This document shows, piece after piece, positions 56,811 to 64,000 of a stretch of DNA of 64,000 nucleotides. A program made the translations under genes and the position numbers. The notes below the pieces were generated by a model that was given only the letters and a program-made list of their open reading frames with translations, was not told the origin of the DNA and did no database searches. Source of the DNA: Octopus vulgaris (Eukaryota). Each line of letters begins with the position of its first letter. Within the stretch, counting starts at the first letter, position 1. The stretch lies in NCBI GenBank assembly GCA_951406725.2, contig OX597828.1, positions 63,364,001 to 63,428,000 on the forward strand. The letters are read 5' to 3'.

Positions 56811-57635
56811 CTCACTCACAAAGATTTGGTCGGTATGTTCTCAATAGAAATAGAGCAGATAAAATGGTTACCTAAACTGAAAGAGAGTAAGGGAGATAGA
56901 TAGATAGACAGAGAGAGAGAGAGAGAGAAAACGATGTGAAAAAGAAGGGTGACAATTATATAAAACGAACGATAATATCATGTGACTAAATAGAAGGAGC
57001 AAACGGCACATCACGTGATGAAAAGAATACGGAAGGAAACGATATGATTTATTGTAAGCTGTTGTTATATCTGATTTTTATGACGTATCATAGTTTCTTA
57101 ATCACCGAATGACAAATTAAGACAGGAGTTTAACAAATGAGCTAATACATTGCAATACGAATTATATTCGACTAATTTTATCGTTATCTGATGGTGTTAC
57201 ATTAAAGATACTCCCATTGGGACTAGCGTACTCAACAAGGATTTCTTGGAGTATTTTATAACTAAATACATCCTAATATCGGGGTTATAATGAACACTTG
57301 AGCGATAGAAGGAGAGAGAGAATATGTTAAGGTGGAGAGAGAGAGAAAGAGAAAGAGAGAAGGGAGGGAGGGAGGTGGGATAAAGTAGAGAGAGTGAAGA
57401 AAGGAGTGAATGAGGAAGACTTTTCTCCAATATTGGATATTTATTCTAAGAACTTTGGTTGAGCACCAAACAAACTGATTGTAAGTGAAAAGTGTTTTTT
57501 TTCTTTTATTTTGTTCTTTAGAATCTAAATCTTTCCACAGTCGTCTTCGATGTTAAATACCCCTGGGGCCGATAAAATATGTACCCGTAATGTATGTGTG
57601 TGTGTGTATGCCTATATGTGTGTGTGTATGTGTGC

Positions 57636-57695
<60 letters not shown>

Positions 57696-58789
57696 ATAGT
57701 GGAGGGAATTCGAACCTCTATAATTCACCCTTTTTCAACCTAAAAATGGCTGACTTCATCTCCCATATGAAACTTCCACACAGAATTCTTTAAAAACAAT
57801 AATTGGCAAATAAATAAATAAATAAATAAAACTCATTAAAAAAGCCGGTTGGATTTCTGTCAAAATGTCTTCAGTATTTAGTTCTAACCCTCAACATTTT
57901 GAGTTCAAATCTCGCTTGGGGTGACTTTTAATTTCTATCTCAGTGTTATTTTTGTAGTTGAATTCAAATGAAGGGCGGTGATTTGGTAGAATCGTTGGCG
58001 TGTCGAACAAAATTCCACACCTATTTCTTTTGGTTCTTTACTTCCTGAGTTCAAATCCTACTGCAGTCATCTTTACCCCCCCCCATTCCTTCAGGTCGAT
58101 AAAATAAAGGGCCAGTTAAATACTGGGGCCAATGGAATCATCCAGTCCCCTCCCCCTTGTGCCTAAATTAAAAAAAAACTCTTATTAGATACAAATCAAG
58201 AGCTATGGGTTGGAAGAATCGTGTGAGCGTCGAACAAAATTCTACACTCATTTATTCCGATTCTGAGTTCAAATCCTGCTGAGGTTAACTCGACTGATCC
58301 CTCCCATCAAAATTACTGGATTCGCTCCTAAATTAGAAACCGTTATGAGACTCAAATCTCTCCTGATGAAGAAAACTTATGATATATGACATTCCAGCCG
58401 TGGCCATCCCGTATATTATTTTATATCTATAATTACTTCTCCGCGGTCGCTTATCTTGCTAATTATGCCGATTTGCTGGATGAACAACAATAAAACAAGT
58501 GTACAAAACATGAGACAATGGATATAAATATGCGAAGAGGCAATATGAAGTGGATCGGTCGAAGCATTGAACGACTATTTCACGGGTCTTGAGTTCAAAT
58601 CCTTTGTAATGCAGTGTTTATTAGTGTAATTTGGCAATGTGCTGAATTATGAAAATGCACCGATCGTACATAGCTACCTTGGACCGGAACCGAAATAGAG
58701 GTTTAGGACAGGAACTCACCAATATTTAATTTTTATTTAAACTCTAAACTTAACCCCAGACTCTATTATCAATTTATTCTTAACTCAAT

Positions 58790-59555
58790 GCAATAATATA
58801 TTGAGCCTTGAAATATAAAAAAAGGGTCTTGGAATAGAAAAGGTCCTGGATAAAAAAGGGGACTGATCAGAAATATGGGTACTAGAACAGGTATACTTAG
58901 CCTTAAGCAGAAACAAGGCGTTTCAATAAGATGGGTAAGTTGGGAATAGGAAAAGGGGTTGAACAAGAATAAGAGTTTTGTACAGAAGGAATAAGGGTTT
59001 TGAGCTATAATAGGGGTATTGGATAAGAACGAGGATTTTGGAACAGGAATATGGGCCTTGAATAGAAACAAGGGCCTTGGATAGAAATAAAGGCTTGAGC
59101 ATGAATACATGTCCTGAATAGAAATATGAGGATTGCGTAAAAAAATAATAGAATTGAACCAGAATAAAATTCTTTGATAAAAGTTATTGAATAAAAATAG
59201 GGATATGGGCACAGAAATACATACCTTGGACAACTTGAATAAAAATAAGGAACTTGAATAGAAATAAGCGTTGAACCGAAAAAAAAGTCTTGAAGATGAA
59301 TAAGGGTACTGAAATAGAAGGAAAGCTCTTGAAGAAGAGGGAAGAGCTAGAACAAGAATTGGTGTCTTGAACAAGAATGAAGATCACCACAGAAGTAAGG
59401 AACTTGAATGTGAATATAGTAATGGAAGAGGAATAAAGGTTTTGAACAAGAATATAATCTGGCTGCAAAATAGGACGTTCAACATGAACAAAAGTCTTGA
59501 TCCTGAATAACGATCTTGAATATAAATAAGAACTTTGAACAGAAATGGGGGTCCC
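58790..59555. repeat. Ancient degenerate minisatellite, unit about 18-20 bp (consensus near CTTGAACAGRAATAAGGGT), roughly 40 copies
   Basis: Recurring units such as cttgaatagaaacaagggc, cttggatagaaataaagg, cttgaatagaaataagcg, ttgaacaagaataagagt. Confidence 0.75.
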
Positions 59556-59914
59556 AGTGAAATGTTGCGACCCAACGTTTGGTTCTCGTCTTCTCAGAAA
59601 AAAACGTTTCTTGTTAAAATATTACATGTTACAAACTGGCATCGAGATTAAAGAAGGATATGTCAAAGCTTATCTGCTTAATGTCGTCTAACGGAAAAGT
59701 TAATTCTATAGTCTCTCCACCCTCCACCTCACCCGAGGCTGTTGAGCGATTCAGGTGACATTTAGTCTTGGAATTTTGTTAATATCCTGCTTGGAATTCG
59801 GTTTTAAGTGGATTTTAAACGTTTAAAGTGTTTAAAACCCAAAACACTGAATTTCTGGTTTCACTTGGCAAATTGACGCTTTTCATGATTAACGTACACA
59901 CGCACACATACACG

Positions 59915-59953
<39 letters not shown>

Positions 59954-60218
59954 GCACACACGCGTGCGCGAACGGACACTCCTACACGTGTTTGTATGTG
60001 TAGTTTTACACACATGTAAAACGCATATATATGCGTGTGCATGCGTGTATGTATACACACAAATCATGGTATCACCCAGAGCACAGGATGTTGTTATACA
60101 TCGCTGGTCACAATGCACTTGGCATCGTGTTTGTAACTGTCGACTGTTGCCACCCCACTGCTGGCTAGAAGTGAGAAGGGTAATATTCCCCCTGATCATA
60201 AGGCCATATATATATATA

Positions 60219-60897
60219 TTAGGTTGGCAACTAAGTTCCCGTCATTTTTTAAAATCAAAATTTTTTAAAAGCTTTAATAAAAAATAACAACTAATTGATG
60301 AGTTGAGCGGTGACGAGCGGAGATTGTGGCTCGTTGATTTTTGTTGTTTTCACCTAAAGCATGCAGAACCCATGCTCCATACTTCTGAACCTTTCTCATC
60401 GAGTGAAGATGCTTCTCTATAGCAGTGTAGTAGCATTCCATTTTCTCAGTCAGTTCCCTTGTCGTTTGACGAGAATTTTCGCGCAAAAGTTGGTTTAATC
60501 GCTCTTCATCGAACTCAATTGGACGGCCAGAACGAGGTGTGTCCTTGAGGTCAAAATTTCCATTTTTGAACTTGGCATACCAATCACGAGCAGTTCTTTT
60601 AGCTATGGTACCATCTCCATACACAGCACAAATGTCACGTGCAGCTTTTGTGGCCTTAGAACATTGATTAAAAGCAAAAAGAAGGAGGTGTTGAAATGCT
60701 CGTTTTTCTTAACTTGACATTTCACTTTAATGATCTGAAAATAAACAAAAATTAACTAAAATTAACTAGAAAAAAAAAAGATTCCAAAATGATTCAAAAA
60801 TAGAATTCTCGAAAAAAAAATAGATTCCAAAATTTAAAAACGCAATAAATTCCAAAATTAAAAAAAAAAAAAGGCGGTAACTAAATTGCCAACCCAA
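60219..60897 (-). mobile_element. Internally deleted mariner element (N-terminal HTH region only)
   Basis: TIRs ttaggttggcaactaagtt and aactaaattgccaacccaa, each flanked by TA. Protein YGDGTIAKRTARDWYAKFKNGNFDLKDTPRSGRP...WVLHAL; no catalytic domain. Confidence 0.9.
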
Positions 60898-60904
60898 TAT
60901 ATAT

Positions 60905-62850
60905 ATATATATTTAATGAATTTAAATATTTATGCGAAAAAACTAAGTAAGGGTATAGAGAAAAAGATAGATTTTATGAGGGAGAAAATAACGAAAAGAT
61001 ACAAAATGGGAGAAAAGTGGGAAAAGAAACACAGATATTTTATGTGGGGTATAAAATACAAAAAAGTTCAAGAAGTAAAAGAGAAAAGAAAAAAGGTAAA
61101 AGTTATTTTTTATACTACGATATTAATTTAGAATGTAATTCGGAGAAAATTTATAACTATTATCATTTAGCATTTCAATGGACTAAGATATACTTTCCAT
61201 TATTCAAAGAAAAAAGTATTAGGCATATACAAAAATTATAGTATATTTACTTGTGAGAGGAATTTACATTTTTATGTGAAACATTAGAAAAAAATGTGTA
61301 GTTCATAATTCGTTAGATTTTGAATAACTAGTAATCTCCCTTTGTTCGAGTGGTTAAATTTTTTCCTAGGGTTTTATTATGATGAAAAAAATTATCTTTC
61401 GATTTACTAGAGAAATATATTTATAAGATTTGTGGTTAATATGAATATATATATATATATATACACGCACGTGGAGCTTCTTGGTGCATATGATGTAGAT
61501 AGATTAAAAGTTACAATAGCTGTTGATGTTGGTTTATAAAATTTTTAAAAAATAAAAGCTCTAGTAATAATATAAAAAAAATAGGGGTTACATGGAAAAA
61601 TATAAATAGGGGTTTATTAAGTAAATTACTGAAAACAAAAGGGTAATTTTAATGGTTATGAGTGTATAAAGTGGAATATATGTATATTCCATTTAACAAT
61701 GAAATAAATATTATAGATTATTGTATAAAGTTGGGATAAGTTTGGTATTGGAGTTTTTGAATGTTATAATCTAAAATTTGAGAGATCTATGGATTAAATT
61801 TATACTTATATTATGGTATTAAATATGGTCTATATGATCATTGTTTTAATAAATAAGCGTGCTAATAGCATGGGTGTAAAATGTGGGTTATAAGGGTACC
61901 CTTAATATGGAAAAGTATAAGTGGTGTATTATTGAATATGCCGCAGAGAACATATATAATATTGGTGAGTTAATTAAAATAATGGAAATAAAAATAGGGG
62001 GTATTGTGTTATATATGGAGTATAAGTATAGCTGGATTAGCAATGAAAGTGATATTATATATTATTGTATTAAAAATAAATGCGCCCTTTTTAAAGCCTA
62101 GCCAGGCTCATGGGCCCTGTTTTCCGGTTTCTGTGGCGTATGTGTTCCCCAGCTGGACGGGACGCCAGTCCATCGCAGCGTCACTCATTTTTGCCAGCTG
62201 AGTGAACTGGAGCAACGTGAAATAAAGTGTTTTGTTCAATAACACAACGCGTCACCCGGTCCAGAAATCGAAACCACAATCTTACGATCATGATGCTGAC
62301 ACCCTAACCACTAAGCCACGCGTCCCCACATATTATTGTATTATGATAAGATAAGTTTGGCATTAAATTATAAAGTTCATAATAAAAAAAAAGAAAATTA
62401 AATATTAATGGGCTAATTAAGGATTATGGAGATAAAAAATGGCGGTTATAATAATGAGCCTAAAAAGAAAAATGTTATTGAATAATATATGGATTATATT
62501 ATAAATACTAATTATTCTACTTGAGCATTAAAAAGCAGGATTTTTATTAAAGATGAGATTATGATGGAGTGCATGCACCATCGAAATAGGTTATGTCTAT
62601 AGATATGATAATACTGCATGGTAATTATATCCAATGCATTATTAATTATAATTTAGTGAAATAATATGTAGTGGAAAACACTTGTATAAATTCAGAAAAA
62701 GTATAATTATGTACATGTAAACATTGGTAAATAAGTTTAACTTTAGGGTCAGTGAAGAAATTAAATTTATGGTCCTTAAGGGATATTCTAAGTCCCAAAG
62801 GGACGAAAAGTTCAGTCAAATCATCAATATTATATTCTGGCATTATTTTT
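60905..62850 (-). mobile_element. Very old AT-rich retroelement ORF remnant, probably Penelope-like
   Basis: Minus-strand remnants HNLFRWCMHSIIISSLIK (cf. PLE N-terminal FL..C....IIP..L) and YSTLYT (cf. RT motif DF.TLYT), with many stops. Confidence 0.4.
62073..62329 (-). mobile_element. tRNA-derived SINE family D with 14-bp target site duplication
   Basis: A box TGGCTTAGTGG, B-box-like GGTTTCGATTTC, body gcgatggactggcgtcccgtccag. TSD atattattgtatta at 62059-62072 and 62330-62343. Confidence 0.9.
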
Positions 62851-62864
62851 TACACTCAAGGTTA

Positions 62865-62899
<35 letters not shown>

Positions 62900-62981
62900 G
62901 ATATACTGCAAAGAACAAAGAAGAACAGTTGCACTCAACATATTTGATTGGAGTTACGTGTATTTACTAAGAGTTTGAGTC

Positions 62982-63089
62982 AGCTCAACGTTACGTGAAG
63001 TTTCGTAGCCGTAAGACACATCCATTTCATCAGACTCTCGGTGATTCTGAGGAGAGAATGTATCCTACATCCACGAAACTTTGAGTAAT
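62982..63089. ncRNA. Two divergently oriented degenerate hammerhead motifs
   Basis: Minus: GT-CTGATGA...GAAAC-TTCAC-GTA-AC. Plus: CTGAGGA-GAGAATGTA-TCC-TACATCCAC-GAAAC-TTTGA-GTA. Confidence 0.5.
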
Positions 63090-63330
63090 GCGGAGTGTGT
63101 GCAACTGCTATTTAGTATATAATTAAATATGTACTCTACACGGAATTCTCAGCTCTTGAGTCACTTTCTACTTTCTGCAGATTTCCAATGATAAAAAAAT
63201 ATATATATACACAATCATTATTGAGATATCTTTTATCCTGTGTTTTACCAAACTTAGACACACGCATGTGGCTGTATTGAACTATATATCCACTCAGAGC
63301 AATTTTGAAAGACATAGAAGCACTTTACGT

Positions 63331-63361
<31 letters not shown>

Positions 63362-64000
63362 CGCGCGCGCGCACACACGCACACACATACACACACATAC
63401 ACATTTATACAACCCACCCCCGTGACTCTATTCGTTTCTCTCTCGATCTAACAAAACTTTTACAAAATTTTCCTCTGTTATTTCATTAATAACTTATTTA
63501 AAATTATGTTTATTTATTTAAAGTTTTGTCATTTCCTCTGCAATAATTCTTATAAAAACCATGAATATTACAAGAATGTGTCGTTCTAACGTTTTTCCTC
63601 CATAGCTACGTTAATCTAGTTGTTTATCTTTCATCTTCCGTTGTTTATTTTACCAACACACGTAGCTATACAAACACATTCAGTCTTTTTCTCGTGAATC
63701 ACATTTAAAAAAAAAACTCCAATGTTTTCCGCTTAAACAAAACCACTTTTTAATCGTACATTGTTCAAATACAGCCTGACTTTAAAACTTAATATTTAAT
63801 ATCCTTCTAATAAAACATACAATTTCGTTTTTCCTCCAATACTTCACCATTATTTTCTAACAACTCATTTTTTTGTTTTATTATTTCTTCTGCAAGAAAC
63901 TATTTTTACAAAAAAACCCGAAAACTTTCATTTAACAATACCATCTCGCATTGTTTATTTCGTCGTCGCCAAGTTAAATCAATATATTCACTGCCATATT

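Noticed and set aside
58769-59374. 201-aa minus-strand ORF as a membrane protein
   Set aside because: It is explained by the degenerate ~19-bp repeat and strand-biased composition.
60905-62850. Mitochondrial insertion (NUMT), suggested by AT richness and strand skew
   Set aside because: I could not read any cox/nad/cob/rRNA motif; faint retroelement motifs were seen instead.

Overview
AT-rich, repeat-saturated eukaryotic non-coding DNA. The SINE families and the extreme (TA)n/(CA)n/(TATC)n/(TAA)n density look like an octopus (coleoid cephalopod) genome; this is an inference from repeat content only. No intact host protein-coding gene is supported, and almost all supplied ORFs are microsatellite read-through. 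Recognisable elements: Penelope-like retroelements (PLEs), including one RT+GIY-YIG 3' portion at 33645-35722 and a GIY-YIG remnant at 24844-25125; four Tc1/mariner relics; two Helitron relics; CR1, R4/Dong and Tx1/L1 LINE fragments; several tRNA-derived SINE families; a MITE; and an old ~19-bp minisatellite. The most notable unexplained structure is a set of short elements, mostly inside or beside (TA)n tracts, that form long fold-back palindromes and/or carry minimal type I hammerhead ribozyme motifs. About eight loci have such motifs, and two show the compensatory U3-A8 core swap. All motif calls were read by eye and need covariance-model and experimental confirmation.
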